The notes: generated by a model from the sequence alone, not told the origin. 62,436 bases of DNA from a bacterium (GCA_023267555.1 JAHFMZ010000001.1:1-62436); one strand, 5' to 3'; shown: positions 46,752-56,406, numbered from the stretch's first letter. Made by a program: numbers and translations.

Positions 46752-48896
46752 CTAATTCCAGCTAGTCACTAAAAGAATATTATCTTTTTCATTTTTTATA
46801 TATTTCCAAAGTTCTTCTGTAATAAAAGGCATAAACGGATGTATAGTTATTATCTGTTCACGGAGTAATTTGAGGAGTAGTGTTTGCGCACTTTCCTTGT
46901 CCTTATTTTCTAATATACGAACTTTGCGAGTTTCAATAATTTCATCACAAAAAACCTTCCAAAAATAATCATAAATTTTTTCTGACGCTAAATGTAGGCG
47001 ATAATTATCAATATCACTAGTTATATCAGCGTGTTTATCTCTCCAAGCGTTGTAGGTATTTTGATCTTCATCTATAAGTTCTACTTCTTTTTCAAAGTCT
47101 TCTGTTTTTTCGAGTACAAATCGTGTTGCATTCCATATTTTATTCGCAAATAGTTTATAGGCTTTTATTTTATCTTCACTCAATTTCAAATCATTTCCCG
47201 GTCCGTTTCCAACAAGTAGCGCCATACGAAGCGCGTCTGTTCCATATTTTGAAGATAATTCACGTGGATCAAGAACGTTGCCAAGTGACTTACTCATCTT
47301 TCTTCCTTTGGCATCGCGCACCAATCCGTGAAGATAAACACTTTCAAAAGGGACTTCATTTAATGCGTATGTTGAAAACAAAATCATACGTGCTACCCAG
47401 AAAAATAAAATGTCGTGCCCAGTTTCCATCAAAGATGTCGGGTGATACAATTTCATATCTTCAGTTTTATCTGGCCAACCCAAAGTGGAGAATGTCCAAA
47501 GTCCAGATGAAAACCAAGTGTCGAGTGTGTCCTCGTCCTGCGTCCAACCTTCTCCTTCTGGTGGATTTACTCCACAATATATTTCATCTCCTTTATACCA
47601 AACAGGAATACGGTGTCCATACCAAATTTGTCTACTTATACACCAATCACGCAAATTTTCTATCCAATGGAAATATACTTTTTCAAATCGGTCTGGAATT
47701 ATTTTTATTTCTTTACCCTCAACCGCATTTATCATTAATTTTTTAAGCGTTGTCTCTATTCCAAAATGTTTAAATGGTTTATTTACAGCTATCCACCATT
47801 GTAATTTTGGTAATGGTTCAATAACTCCGCCAGTTCTTTGGGCTGTTGGAATATTTTGTACAACTTCTTCTCCATTTATAAGCAATCCTTCTGTTTTTAA
47901 CCAATTCACAACATATTCACGTGCGTCAGTTACCTTTTTGCCATTTAATTCTTCATTCGCTAGCCCATACATCTTGGCATATTCATTGATAATTTGTGGA
48001 CGAGGTAAATTATGTCTATCAGCAATTTCCCAGTCAGTCATAGAATGTGCGGGAGTTACACCGAGCGCCCCTGTACCAAAATCTTTATCAACAACTGCAT
48101 CAGCAATAACTTTTATTGTAATAGGACATCCGGCAAAAGTCATTTTGTATTCTTTTCCAACATATTCTTTATATCGCACGTCATCTGGATGCACAGCCAC
48201 TGCCACGTCACCCACTTTTGTTTCTGGTCGAGTAGAAGAAATAGCAATAGGAAAGTCGGCCGAGTATTTAAATGTATACATTATTCCTTTCCTTTCCTCG
48301 GATACAGTTTCATCGTCTGAAATAGTTGTTTGACCTTTTGGATCCCAATTCACTATTCTTTGTCCACGATAAATAAGACCATCGTCATACATTTTTTTAA
48401 ACATTGTACGTACTGCGAGATTCCTTTTTTCATCAAGTGTAAAAGCAAGACGGGACCAATCGAGAGATGAACCCATAGAACGTGTCTGTGACAAAATTGT
48501 ATTTTGACTTTCTGTTACAAATTCACCGATGCGTTTTAACATCTCTTCTCGACCAATATCGTGGCGACTTTTACCTTCTTCTTTATATATTTTCTTTTCT
48601 ATAACTGATTGAGTCGCAATAGCTGCGTGGTCGGTACCAGGGAGCCATAAAGTTTTGTATCCGTGCATACGTTTAAAACGCACAAATGTATCTTGAATCG
48701 CGAGCATAATAGCGTGTCCGGTGTGTAGTGTTCCTGTTACATTTGGTGGAGGTAATATAACTGAATAGGTTTCTTTTCTTTCCCCAGGTAAATTATCTGG
48801 ATTAAAATATTCACTTTTCTCCCACATTTCATACAAAGACGACTCAACGGATTGAGCGTTAAATGGTTTGGTTAATATCTCGGGCAATGGTTTCAT
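46752..48896 (-). CDS. valS: valine--tRNA ligase (short C-terminus)
   Basis: PPPNVTGTLHTGHA (HIGH region), KMSKSLGN, and a CP1 editing domain. Confidence 0.9.
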   Translation of the reverse strand: MKPLPEILTKPFNAQSVESSLYEMWEKSEYFNPDNLPGERKETYSVILPPPNVTGTLHTGHAIMLAIQDTFVRFKRMHGYKTLWLPGTDHAAIATQSVIEKKIYKEEGKSRHDIGREEMLKRIGEFVTESQNTILSQTRSMGSSLDWSRLAFTLDEKRNLAVRTMFKKMYDDGLIYRGQRIVNWDPKGQTTISDDETVSEERKGIMYTFKYSADFPIAISSTRPETKVGDVAVAVHPDDVRYKEYVGKEYKMTFAGCPITIKVIADAVVDKDFGTGALGVTPAHSMTDWEIADRHNLPRPQIINEYAKMYGLANEELNGKKVTDAREYVVNWLKTEGLLINGEEVVQNIPTAQRTGGVIEPLPKLQWWIAVNKPFKHFGIETTLKKLMINAVEGKEIKIIPDRFEKVYFHWIENLRDWCISRQIWYGHRIPVWYKGDEIYCGVNPPEGEGWTQDEDTLDTWFSSGLWTFSTLGWPDKTEDMKLYHPTSLMETGHDILFFWVARMILFSTYALNEVPFESVYLHGLVRDAKGRKMSKSLGNVLDPRELSSKYGTDALRMALLVGNGPGNDLKLSEDKIKAYKLFANKIWNATRFVLEKTEDFEKEVELIDEDQNTYNAWRDKHADITSDIDNYRLHLASEKIYDYFWKVFCDEIIETRKVRILENKDKESAQTLLLKLLREQIITIHPFMPFITEELWKYIKNEKDNILLVTSWN

Positions 48897-48964
48897 ATTA
48901 AAATAGGTATCACTTTATACTATCATATTTTGAAAAAAATAATTTTTCTAGTATCATTGTTTGA

Positions 48965-49477
48965 ATGTTAAAGAAACAATCGGCACTTTTAAAGAAAGGC
49001 GGAAAAACAGTAAAAAAAATAGGAAGTAAATTATCACCGAATACCAAACATTTGCCAGACCATCATTTTAAACTTGTAAAAGTAAAACGAGGACTATCGG
49101 GCTTGGGACTTTTTGCGCAAGAACCAATCAAGAAGGGTGAATTAATTATCGAATATATTGGTAATATTTTAAACAAAGAAGAAGCTGCAAAGAAAATTAC
49201 TTGTCAGTATCTTTTTGAAATAAATCCTAATAAAACAATTGACGGAACTCCGAGATGGAATATTGCGCGATATTGTAATCACGCTTGTGAAGACGCCGCA
49301 AATGCAGAAAGTGATATCAAAAAGGGACGCGTTTTTATTAAGGCAATCAAGAATATAAAAGAAGGTGAAGAAATCGTTTATGATTATGGGGAAGAATTTG
49401 TGGAAGAACACATCGCTCCACACGGATGTAAATGTATTGGTTGTAATGTAAGAAAAGTATTAGACCATAAATCTTAA
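48965..49477 (+). CDS. SET domain protein (putative protein-lysine methyltransferase)
   Basis: GLGLFAQEPIKKGELIIEYIG, RYCNHACEDAANAE (NH motif), EGEEIVYDYG, and a Cys-rich post-SET-like tail HGCKCIGCN. Confidence 0.75.
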   Translation: MLKKQSALLKKGGKTVKKIGSKLSPNTKHLPDHHFKLVKVKRGLSGLGLFAQEPIKKGELIIEYIGNILNKEEAAKKITCQYLFEINPNKTIDGTPRWNIARYCNHACEDAANAESDIKKGRVFIKAIKNIKEGEEIVYDYGEEFVEEHIAPHGCKCIGCNVRKVLDHKS

Positions 49478-49586
49478 TTTATTAATTTTTTGTTAAAACA
49501 AAGATCTCAATTTTGAGGTTTTGTTTTTGTTTTAACTATATGATAGTTTGGTAAATAGTAGCCCATTGTTGTCTAAATTAAGGAGA

Positions 49587-50117
49587 ATGGCCGTGTTTAA
49601 ATCAAATGATGAAAGAGTTATGTTTTTGAATGACAGTACTTTGTTGTTCCCAGAAATAACTACAGATAATCGTAGCCTAGAAGAATTAATTGAAAGTGTT
49701 ATAGCGAAAGGCTATCGTATCGATAAATTCTCAAGGGAAATATTAGATAATGAGAAAGAAGCATTGGTTGCTACCGACAGCAAAAAAATAAGACTAGCTG
49801 TTGTCAGGGGACATCCTTACTCGGACTGTGTAAGTCCACCTACGGCCAATGCTTTTGCTTATAACGCCAAGCTGTCTCGTCCATCTTTGCGTGATACTCT
49901 TTATCTTTGTGAGCTCCTTTCCTCAATAAATCTTGAACGATTCAAGGTTCGTCTTTTGTTTGTAATGCACGAACCAGTTTTACTTCCAAGAGTAACAGGG
50001 AAGGAACATTTGCTTTGGATAGGTTTTGGTGATGGTGAAAAAGTTTTGGCGGCTTTTTACTATAACGAAGGTGATATTTATTATCAAAACACCGGATATG
50101 CTTTCTTCTTGCCGTAA
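49587..50117 (+). CDS. hypothetical protein (start uncertain: TTG 49548, ATG 49587 or GTG 49593)
   Basis: ORF 49548..50117. AAGGAG lies just upstream of the ATG and GTG candidates. No family recognised. Confidence 0.5.
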   Translation: MAVFKSNDERVMFLNDSTLLFPEITTDNRSLEELIESVIAKGYRIDKFSREILDNEKEALVATDSKKIRLAVVRGHPYSDCVSPPTANAFAYNAKLSRPSLRDTLYLCELLSSINLERFKVRLLFVMHEPVLLPRVTGKEHLLWIGFGDGEKVLAAFYYNEGDIYYQNTGYAFFLP

Positions 50118-50387
50118 TTTTCCAACGCATAATTTTTTGTTTTTTTAGAAAACTTCTACAGATTTTTAGTAGAGGTTTTTTATTTTTTAACTTATTTATG
50201 CGAATGCTTTGCACTTGCATCTATATAAAAAATAATTTAAAAAAATAATTTTGAGTTATCCACATATTTGTTTTGTAAATCTATTGTTGTTGTTTGTATG
50301 TGTGTAATACTTATAAGTAGAGAGGTGATGATCATGGTCGTGATCAAAATACAAACACTCTCTTATTTGTATAACATAAAAAATATT

Positions 50388-50468
50388 ATGGCAGCAAAAA
50401 AGAAAGCAGCTAAGAAATCAGCTAAGAAGAAAGTTGCAAAGAAGAAGAAGTCAGCAAAGCGTGGTTAA
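50388..50468 (+). CDS. possible 26-aa Lys/Ala-rich basic peptide (histone H1-tail-like)
   Basis: MAAKKKAAKKSAKKKVAKKKKSAKRG is the only plausible part of ORF 50268..50468. It is followed by the hairpin AAAATCACCG..CGGTGATTTT. Confidence 0.35.
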   Translation: MAAKKKAAKKSAKKKVAKKKKSAKRG

Positions 50469-50635
50469 TCACACTTTGTGAAACTTGAAAAAATCACCGC
50501 TCCCACGGTGATTTTTTCTTTATTTTGTTTATAAAATAGCGTTTGATTAACAAGAGGGTTTGTTGTAATATTGTTACGGTATTAGATGATAATTAGTTTT
50601 TACTTTGTTCTTATTTATATGAGGGAGGGTCGACT

Positions 50636-50863
50636 ATGTATGATGTGCGTGCGAGTGAGATTTTTGCAGAACGAATTTCTGCGAATGTCGTTAGAGAGAC
50701 TTTTCTTGTTTTGCAAGAACAAAAATTTTTACCGTGGAAAGCAATACATAATGAGTGTTTGAGTTTACCGTTGGCAATAGCCAAAGCGTCACTTACAAGT
50801 TCAAAAAGAGGCGATGGTCACCTTTTGGAAAACGAATTGGATATATTTGTTAACCCTAAATAA
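50636..50863 (+). CDS. hypothetical small protein
   Basis: 75-aa ORF preceded by a strong GAGGGAGG-N7-ATG. Confidence 0.55.
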   Translation: MYDVRASEIFAERISANVVRETFLVLQEQKFLPWKAIHNECLSLPLAIAKASLTSSKRGDGHLLENELDIFVNPK

Positions 50864-51028
50864 ATATATGGCCCAAGTTTGTCTTCAAGTCGGAGATATG
50901 TCCCACGTTCATTCTTTTTTACGTGCTGCTCATACAAAATAAATAACAAAAATAAACAAAATAAAGTATTGAGTAATGCTCCGCCTAGTGTGGGGCATTT
51001 GTTATAAATATGTTATAATAGCTCGACA

Positions 51029-53575
51029 ATGTCTTTGATTTCCAAAGGGCTAAACGCTCTTTTCCCAGATGAATCTATACAGACTATTAAAAAACTTACC
51101 CCAATTGTGGATGAGGTTTTTTCGTATGAAGAAGAGTTAAAAGGACTTTCGGATACCGAATTAAAGCATCGCAGTTTGGCCCTCAAAGAGCGCGTACAAA
51201 AAGATATAGAAGGTTTGGTTGGGGAAGAACTCAAAAATACAGAAAAGAAAGTTTTGGAAGCGGTTCTTCCAACAGCTTTTGCTCTTGTACGTGAAGCTGC
51301 TCGTCGCACACTTAAAATGATGCATTATCGTGTGCAAGTTGTTGGAGGAATACTTCTTCATCGTGGACATATTGCCGAAATGCGTACTGGAGAAGGAAAG
51401 ACTCTTGTGGCAACTCTTCCTGCATATTTAAATGCGCTTACAGGACGTGGGGTGCATATTGTCACAGTGAATGATTACCTTTCACGTCGTGACTCGGTTT
51501 GGATGGGGCAAGTATATGATGCGCTCGGTCTTTCGGTGGCAGTTATTAATCATCAGTCATCATTTTTATATGACAGTACTCATTTGAGTGAAGAAGAGGA
51601 AGAAAAAGATGATACGAAACGAGATGAAGTTGGGTCATACAAAGTAGTTTATGATTTTCTCAAACCTTGTGGACGTCAAGAAGCTTATCTTGCGGATATT
51701 ACTTATGGAACAAATAATGAATTTGGTTTTGATTATCTTCGCGATAATATCGGTTATAGCAAAGAAGCTATCACTCAACACACACATCATTATGCTATTG
51801 TGGACGAAATAGATTCTATTTTGATTGATGAAGCACGTACGCCACTTATTATTTCTGCTCCTGCGCAAGAATCGAGCGATATGTATATGAAGTTTGCCAA
51901 GCTCGCGGAAACTATGATTGAAGGTGATGATTATACTGTTGATGAAAAACAACGCGCTATTGCTCTTACCGAAGAAGGAATAAATAAAGCCGAAGCTTAT
52001 TTAAATCTTTCGAATATTTATTCGGTTGAAGGAATGAAATATGTTCATCATCTTGAAACGGCTGTCAAAGCTAAAGCACTTTTTATAAAAGAAAGAGAAT
52101 ATGTAGTGCGTGATGGCGAAGTGATTATCGTAGACGAATTTACAGGTCGTATGCAACCTGGACGTCGTTGGTCAGACGGCCTACATCAAGCGGTAGAGGC
52201 CAAAGAAGGGGTCAAGATTGAACAAGAATCGCGTACACTGGCGTCTATTACTTTCCAGAATTATTTCCGTTTTTACGAAAAATTAGCGGGAATGACTGGA
52301 ACAGCCGAAACTTCCAAAGAAGAATTTTACAAGGTGTATGGTCTTGTGGTGACTCCAATTCCGACTCACAATCCGACTCATCGTGTAGATCACAATGATT
52401 TAATTTTTCAAACTGAAAAAGGAAAGTGGCAAGCACTTACTCGTAAAATAAAAGAATTAAATGAAAAAGGTCAACCTGTTCTCATCGGTACAATTTCTAT
52501 TGAAAAAAATGAAGCTATTTCAAAATATTTAGAACACGCAGGAGTTCCGCACTCTGTTCTTAATGCCAAGAATCACGAAAAAGAAGGAGAGATAGTTGCG
52601 GCTGCAGGAAAGAAAGGAGCGGTGACTATTGCAACAAATATGGCAGGTCGTGGAGTGGATATTAAACTTGGTGGTCCACAAGCCACAGAAGCTGAACGCG
52701 AAACAGTACTTTCTTTGGGTGGACTTTTTGTGATTGGTACTGAAAGACACGAAGCTCGTCGAATAGATAATCAGCTTCGTGGTCGTTCTGGACGTCAGGG
52801 AGATGTGGGAGAAACTCAATTCTTTGTTTCTCTTGAAGATGATTTGATGCGCGTGTTTGGTTCAACTAATATTAAAAGTATGATGGGTCGTTTTGGTATT
52901 CCAGAGGATGAACCAATAGCAAGTGGACTTGTATCTCGCGCCCTTGAATCGGCTCAAGAAAAAATAGAAGGTTTTCATTTTGATACTCGTAAGCATACTT
53001 TGCAATACGATGATGTGCTTAATCATCAACGTACAAGTATTTATGAAAAGCGTCGCAAGATTTTGTTTAATGATGAAGCTTTTGTGGATGAAGTGATAGC
53101 AGAATTGATTGCTCAAAAACCTGAACTTGCAGAAACTATTAAACAAAAAGAGACACAATATACAAAAGAAGCTGTTTATCATATTTTGCGTGTGATGATG
53201 TTGCAAATTATTGATACTCTTTGGATGGAACATTTGGATGCGATGGAACATTTGCGAAATAGTGTGAATTTGCGTGCGTATGGCCAACGTGACCCACTTG
53301 TGGAATATAAAAAAGAAGGACTTCACGCTTTTCGTTCACTCGAAGCTGCTCTTCGTAATGAACTCATTATGTTTATTGAAAATTTGGATGGATTTTTTGC
53401 AGCACAGCAGGCTCGTGAACAACAATTTGTACCAGTGATTCCAAATGAAGGAAAAGAAGCACAGTTAATTGATGGTCAAAAAGAAAAGTTGGGGAGAAAT
53501 GATCCGTGTCCTTGCGGTTCTGGCAAGAAAGTAAAGAAATGTGACTGTGTCGAATACGAATATTTGAGAAAGTAA
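51029..53575 (+). CDS. secA: preprotein translocase ATPase SecA
   Basis: EMRTGEGKTLVATLPAYLNAL, TVNDYLSRRD, DEIDSILIDEARTPLIIS, and the C-terminal zinc motif CPCGSGKKVKKC. Confidence 0.95.
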   Translation: MSLISKGLNALFPDESIQTIKKLTPIVDEVFSYEEELKGLSDTELKHRSLALKERVQKDIEGLVGEELKNTEKKVLEAVLPTAFALVREAARRTLKMMHYRVQVVGGILLHRGHIAEMRTGEGKTLVATLPAYLNALTGRGVHIVTVNDYLSRRDSVWMGQVYDALGLSVAVINHQSSFLYDSTHLSEEEEEKDDTKRDEVGSYKVVYDFLKPCGRQEAYLADITYGTNNEFGFDYLRDNIGYSKEAITQHTHHYAIVDEIDSILIDEARTPLIISAPAQESSDMYMKFAKLAETMIEGDDYTVDEKQRAIALTEEGINKAEAYLNLSNIYSVEGMKYVHHLETAVKAKALFIKEREYVVRDGEVIIVDEFTGRMQPGRRWSDGLHQAVEAKEGVKIEQESRTLASITFQNYFRFYEKLAGMTGTAETSKEEFYKVYGLVVTPIPTHNPTHRVDHNDLIFQTEKGKWQALTRKIKELNEKGQPVLIGTISIEKNEAISKYLEHAGVPHSVLNAKNHEKEGEIVAAAGKKGAVTIATNMAGRGVDIKLGGPQATEAERETVLSLGGLFVIGTERHEARRIDNQLRGRSGRQGDVGETQFFVSLEDDLMRVFGSTNIKSMMGRFGIPEDEPIASGLVSRALESAQEKIEGFHFDTRKHTLQYDDVLNHQRTSIYEKRRKILFNDEAFVDEVIAELIAQKPELAETIKQKETQYTKEAVYHILRVMMLQIIDTLWMEHLDAMEHLRNSVNLRAYGQRDPLVEYKKEGLHAFRSLEAALRNELIMFIENLDGFFAAQQAREQQFVPVIPNEGKEAQLIDGQKEKLGRNDPCPCGSGKKVKKCDCVEYEYLRK

Positions 53576-53590
53576 ATTTTTATTAATACA

Positions 53591-53621
53591 CAAAGGGTGA
53601 CGCCTAAGGCGTCACCCTTTG
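53591..53621 (+). terminator. terminator hairpin
   Basis: CAAAGGGTGACGCC-TAA-GGCGTCACCCTTTG. Confidence 0.7.
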
Positions 53622-53643
53622 TGCTAAACTAATAGCTATCCTT

Positions 53644-54924
53644 ATGAAAGACTTAATCAAACCGATTGTTATTAAATTATTAACTTGGGAAGCCAAACTC
53701 GTTCTAGCTCGTCATAAACCATTTATTATCGGAGTGACAGGAAATCTAGGCAAGACTAGTACCAAGGATGCGATTTATTCGGTGATGAAGGAACATTTTC
53801 ACGTTCGTCGTAGTGAAAAGAGTATGAATAGTGAATTCGGGGTACCACTCACTATTCTGGGGCAGAAGTCTGCGTGGGCGAATCCATATAAGTGGTTAAT
53901 AGTTCTTGTTCGAGGGATTTTTGTAATTTGGCAAAAAAAATATCCAACACATCTTGTACTTGAAATTGGTGCAGATAGACCAGGCGATATTAAATCAATT
54001 AGTGAATGGATAAAACCAGATATTTGTGTGGTGACACAATTTGGTCAAGTGCCGGTGCACGTGGAATTTTTCGAAGATAGAGAGGCTGTTATTTCTGAGA
54101 AAGGTTATTTGGTAGAAGCACTCAAAAATGAGGGTGTGTTTATTTTTAATGCCGATGATCACGATGCGAAAAAGTTATTTGATAAAACAGCTTGTCGTAA
54201 GGTGAGTTTTGGTATACACGAATCAGCCGATATTAAGGCAGATAATGTTCGATTTTATGGCGACCCAATACAAGGAACAGAAGTAGAAGTTACTATGGAT
54301 GGTGCTAGTCATCACGTCGTTCTTCCTGAAGTTGTTGGAAAATCTCCGGTGTATTGTGCGTTACCTGCTCTCGCGGTTGCTCGTGAATTAGCTATTCCAC
54401 TTGAAATTGCGTGTGCATCGCTACGTGATGCGGATAAACCAAAAGGACGAATGCGTTTACTTTCGGGGATGAATGGTTCAATTATTATTGATGATACTTA
54501 TAATGCTTCACCGAAAGCTGTGGAACACGGCCTAGAGACTTTAAGTAAAATGGAAAGTAAAGGCAGAAAAATTGCAGTGCTGGGAGATATGTTGGAAATT
54601 GGAGATCATACTCACGATGAACATCACAAGATTGGGCAAATTGCCGCGAAGTCTGCACACAAACTTTATACAGTTGGTATTCGTTCTCGAGTGACAGCCG
54701 ACGGTGCGCTTGATGGTGGAATGTTGGATGAAAATATTATGGAGTGTGATACATCTATTGATGCGGGAAAAGAACTGGTACAAGTTTTACAAGAAGGGGA
54801 TATTGTTTATGTGAAAGGTTCACAAAGTATGCGTATGGAACGTGCGGTGAAGATGATATTAGCGGAGACACACGACTCGCGAAAAGTTTTAGTTCGCCAA
54901 GAAAAGGAGTGGAAGAAGAGATAA
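53644..54924 (+). CDS. murF: Mur ligase family protein, probably MurF (short N-terminus)
   Basis: GVTGNLGKTSTKDAI P-loop and DDTYNASP. The MurF assignment rests on overall similarity judged by eye. Confidence 0.6.
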   Translation: MKDLIKPIVIKLLTWEAKLVLARHKPFIIGVTGNLGKTSTKDAIYSVMKEHFHVRRSEKSMNSEFGVPLTILGQKSAWANPYKWLIVLVRGIFVIWQKKYPTHLVLEIGADRPGDIKSISEWIKPDICVVTQFGQVPVHVEFFEDREAVISEKGYLVEALKNEGVFIFNADDHDAKKLFDKTACRKVSFGIHESADIKADNVRFYGDPIQGTEVEVTMDGASHHVVLPEVVGKSPVYCALPALAVARELAIPLEIACASLRDADKPKGRMRLLSGMNGSIIIDDTYNASPKAVEHGLETLSKMESKGRKIAVLGDMLEIGDHTHDEHHKIGQIAAKSAHKLYTVGIRSRVTADGALDGGMLDENIMECDTSIDAGKELVQVLQEGDIVYVKGSQSMRMERAVKMILAETHDSRKVLVRQEKEWKKR

Positions 54925-54926
54925 AT

Positions 54927-55106
54927 CTATCTCTTTGATTTAGACTTTTTTAGTTTTCCAGTGTTTCTGTTATCTGCCTTTCGACATTTGCTACTACAAA
55001 ATTTAATACTATCTTTGTCTTCGCGGGTATCAAAACCTTTTCTAGTGTTTAAATCTAATTTGCAGAAGAGGCATTTTTTGTTTGAATTTGTTGTTGATGT
55101 AGTCAT
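54927..55106 (-). CDS. possible 59-aa zinc-ribbon-like basic protein
   Basis: My own translation: MTTSTTNSNKKCLFCKLDLNTRKGFDTREDKDSIKFCSSKCRKADNRNTGKLKKSKSKR, with CxxC..CxxxC. It lies just downstream of tRNA-Glu. Confidence 0.4.
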   Translation of the reverse strand: MTTSTTNSNKKCLFCKLDLNTRKGFDTREDKDSIKFCSSKCRKADNRNTGKLKKSKSKR

Positions 55107-55125
55107 TTTTATATAATTTAGTGTA

Positions 55126-55200
55126 TGGTGACCCTACGCGGAGTCGAACCGCGCTTTTATCCTTGAGAAGGATACGTCCTAACCGATAGACGATAAGGCC
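55126..55200 (-). tRNA. tRNA-Glu (anticodon CUC), CCA encoded
   Basis: Minus strand GGCCTTA..TAGGGTC acceptor (two G-U pairs), anticodon arm TATCC-TTCTCAA-GGATA, T arm CGCGG-TTCGACT-CCGCG, then A-CCA. Confidence 0.85.
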
Positions 55201-55333
55201 AAGCCTTAAAAACCGTTATTTATTGGGTTTTACCTATTTTAACACTTTTTTGTCCTTTTGTAAATAACCTTTGTAAAATAAGGGTTATTTGGTAGTATAT
55301 ATTGACAAATAGGCTATTTTTGTGGTGAAATGC

Positions 55334-55362
55334 TTGACAAAAGGGTTCGTTTTTGCTACAAT
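55334..55362 (+). promoter_or_regulatory. sigma70-like promoter
   Basis: TTGACA-N17-TACAAT. Confidence 0.55.
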
Positions 55363-55394
55363 GTTATCACACAGTAAAAAGGGTAAAAGTCAAG

Positions 55395-55434
55395 TATCTG
55401 AGTTCGTATCAATGAGTTCAGATATTTATTTTTT
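55395..55434 (+). terminator. terminator-like hairpin about 30 nt downstream of the promoter (leader attenuator or end of a short RNA)
   Basis: TATCTGAGTTC-GTATCAAT-GAGTTCAGATA followed by TTTATTTTTT. The outer pair GGGTAAAA (55381-55388) and TTTTACCC (55431-55438) is an alternative pairing. Confidence 0.45.
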
Positions 55435-55484
55435 ACCCAAGACAGAAAGACACAGATCGTTTTGTAGAGCGTAACTACTAAACT

Positions 55485-56021
55485 ATGATAAAAAACATTT
55501 ATAAGGCTAGTCGGATTCTTGCGTTTGTTCCATTTATGGCCATCCCAAGTTTCTCACTTGTCTCACATATTGGTTCACTCAATGCGACTCCTGTAACAAA
55601 GGTAGAAGTATCGGTGGACGAACTCCGTCAGCAAAAGGCAGATGCAATCGACGTGTATTTTCACGAACGTTCTATGCCACTTGAAGGTACAGGTATGACA
55701 TTCGTACTTGTCGCCGAAAAATATGGTCTCGATTGGACACTTCTTCCAGCTATTGCTGTTCGTGAATCTTCGGGAGGAAAGCAAGCTTGTGGGAATAATC
55801 CATTCGGTTGGGGTTCTTGTAAGCTACATAACTTCTCAAGTTATGAACACGCTATTGAAGCACTCGGTAAAAATCTAGGTGGAGCTAATCCAAGTACTGC
55901 TAGTTATTATGCTGGTAAGTCTACGATGCAAAAACTTTATAACTATAACGGTACTGTTGTTCCAACATACCCGTCCGAAGTTGCTCAAATTATGAAAAGA
56001 ATCGAGACCGACACTAATTAA
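55485..56021 (+). CDS. secreted protein, putative lysozyme/transglycosylase-like peptidoglycan hydrolase
   Basis: Signal-like N-terminus. LLPAIAVRESSGGKQACGNNPFGWGS resembles lysozyme-like catalytic Glu regions (weak). Confidence 0.5.
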   Translation: MIKNIYKASRILAFVPFMAIPSFSLVSHIGSLNATPVTKVEVSVDELRQQKADAIDVYFHERSMPLEGTGMTFVLVAEKYGLDWTLLPAIAVRESSGGKQACGNNPFGWGSCKLHNFSSYEHAIEALGKNLGGANPSTASYYAGKSTMQKLYNYNGTVVPTYPSEVAQIMKRIETDTN

Positions 56022-56061
56022 GTTTTCTTAATTAAAAGTCGATCTCGTACTCAATACCAGA

Positions 56062-56105
56062 GTAAAACAAAACCCGTACACGAAAGTGTGCGGGTTTTGT
56101 TTTAC
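56062..56105 (+). terminator. terminator hairpin
   Basis: GTAAAACAAAACCCGTACAC-GAAA-GTGTGCGGGTTTTGTTTTAC. Confidence 0.75.
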
Positions 56106-56155
56106 TCAATTGTGTTACACTCGATATTGTAAGTTCATAATAAGGAGGCATAATT

Positions 56156-56335
56156 ATGTATGCTCCAGTGTTTGATCCGTGGTTTTGGTTTTCATATTGG
56201 TTGTCGGTGTGTGATGTTCGTACATACACACAACCGTGTGAAGCTATCGTTGAAGGCAAACGTATCAATGAAGCGAAAACGGTTGCGAATGATACCAAGT
56301 TTTCTTCAACCTTACAACTTGTGAAAAATATATGA
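56156..56335 (+). CDS. possible 59-aa protein (not in the ORF track)
   Basis: AAGGAGG-N7-ATG. My translation: MYAPVFDPWFWFSYWLSVCDVRTYTQPCEAIVEGKRINEAKTVANDTKFSSTLQLVKNI. A GC-rich terminator follows. Confidence 0.5.
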   Translation: MYAPVFDPWFWFSYWLSVCDVRTYTQPCEAIVEGKRINEAKTVANDTKFSSTLQLVKNI

Positions 56336-56353
56336 AAGACACAGATGAATGGC

Positions 56354-56381
56354 ACAGGCCGGCGCGAAGGCGCCGGTCTGT
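56354..56381. terminator. bidirectional GC-rich terminator hairpin
   Basis: ACAGGCCGGCGC-GAAG-GCGCCGGTCTGT followed by TTTT. Confidence 0.7.
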
Positions 56382-56406
56382 TTTGTTATAATAAACAAGA
56401 GTTATT

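Noticed and set aside
47123-48333. Long plus-strand ORFs (207, 282 and 102 aa) inside valS, with similar antisense ORFs inside gyrB (27403..27933), secA (52862..53326), pheS/pheT (21047..21532), prfA and thrS
   Set aside because: They are antisense to well-supported conserved genes, have low-complexity or odd composition, and show no motifs. These are typical shadow ORFs of AT-rich DNA.
56032-56355. 107-aa minus-strand ORF
   Set aside because: It has no ribosome-binding site and spans two terminator hairpins. The plus strand carries a 59-aa ORF with AAGGAGG-N7-ATG and its own terminator, which explains the open frame better.
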